From the NCBI GenBank assembly GCA_965113315.1, contig OZ220367.1: a stretch of 64,000 nucleotides of DNA; one strand, written 5' to 3'. Shown here piece by piece: positions 62,858-64,000 of the stretch. Position numbers and translations under genes: made by a program. A model generated the notes under the pieces. It did not search any database. It was not told where the DNA came from and saw only the letters and a list, made by a program, of their open reading frames with translations. Within the stretch, counting starts at the first letter, position 1; every line of letters begins with the position of its first letter. The DNA comes from Podarcis vaucheri (lineage: Eukaryota).

Positions 62858-64000
62858 AGCAATGATTCTGAAAGCATAGACTGTAATCAACCTTTACAAT
62901 GAGGAAAGTCTTCAGCATAGCTTCTCAGCATAGCAGAAACTCTGTTGATTTCACTTCCCCTTTGGGGATTTGAAGCAACAGGTGGAGCTCAAGCAAAGTC
63001 ATCTGACAGCTGTGTTTCTAGCTCTGTTGTTTTTGCTACAGTTTAGAATCTCTCTGACCTTCCAAACTGGAAAGTAATTTCTTATTGCCTGCTACATATA
63101 AGCAGATTTCCCCTTTTAACCAGAATATACTGCTATTGCAAATAATGCATATACATCTAGCTTGTCACAGCCATCTCTGGAAATTAAAACACACATATAG
63201 TTTTGGCAGGAACAGAACAAGCAACCCAACAGGAAAAATGTGTTATTAGTTTTAGCAGACAAGCAATATACTCAACATGCTACCAAATCCCTTACCTCTG
63301 AATTCTAGTTTGGGGAAAGTATAACCTGAATTCTTTCAAACTGTACATATCAAGGAAGAAATGTACTGAGGAAATTTAAATTTGGCCTCCATTTCTGAAA
63401 ATGAAAAAGGATACACCCTCGTCTTCCTATTCCCTACAGCTTTGCCAGATGTCCGGAATACTGAGAGGGTGCATTCGGAGTCCATCAATGCCAAGTATTG
63501 GCTCAACTAGGAGAGCTGCTGCAGAATGATCTAAGATGCGTCAGCACTATTTTCACATCACTCAAGGCAAGAAGCCAGATTTAAAATTAAGTCAAATCAC
63601 AAGTTCTTGGCCACAAACCTACGGACTCATCCAGCTGACTGTCACGATGATTCATGAGCCTTAGGAGCATGCTGGAGCAGCTATTCCATAAGGTTCCCCC
63701 AGGTGCTGGTACTCTGCACTGCTATTTCTACAGAATATTTATTGTTCTGAAGCAACAAACCATGCCTATTTTTCTTGTGAGTCTACATATAGTCACTTAG
63801 GTCCTCACAACTGGCTAAGATCAGCTTCCAGGATAGCCTCCTTATACAGATCCTTAAATAGTCACCATGGTACTATTTATTTCACGCATACCTCTAATTC
63901 AGTGGTTTCAAAGGCATGAGCTGGGATTATGAAGAGTGGACCAGGATTAATATCATTTTGTAATATTAATTAAATGCCAAGCCTGGTGTAACTGAAAAAG

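Larger units (their letters stand above)
1..64000 (-). other. BTRC: Intragenic portion of BTRC (beta-transducin repeat-containing E3 ubiquitin ligase F-box protein); exon 1 and exons 5 onward lie outside the window
   Basis: Two recognised exons. No exon 1 (MDPAEAVLQEK), no CpG-island promoter and no exon 5 (TKLANGTSSMIVPKQRK...) seen in the sequence or ORF track. Confidence 0.85.

Overview
Vertebrate genomic DNA from a squamate, probably a lacertid lizard (Sauria-type SINEs, L2 and CR1 LINE remnants, Tc1/mariner and hAT MITEs). The window appears to lie entirely inside the BTRC (beta-TrCP1/FBXW1A) gene on the minus strand. Two coding exons are readable: 41442-41519 (NSSEREDCNNDEPPRKIIPEKNALRQ) and 32160-32249 (TYNSCARLCINQEAVCLGSTAMKTENCVAK). 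The rest is intron. The most striking structure is nine short N blocks (133-356 bp, 1958 bp in total). They cluster in repeat-poor sequence whose flanks retain CpGs and homeobox/SOX/E-box-like motifs. They do not look like ordinary assembly gaps. Their order relative to the exons fits the ultraconserved/deeply conserved non-coding elements I recall in human BTRC introns (LBX1-BTRC-FBXW4-FGF8 regulatory landscape). One block starts exactly at a minus-strand splice acceptor and probably hides BTRC exon 2. The masked bases cannot be read, so these identities are inferences.
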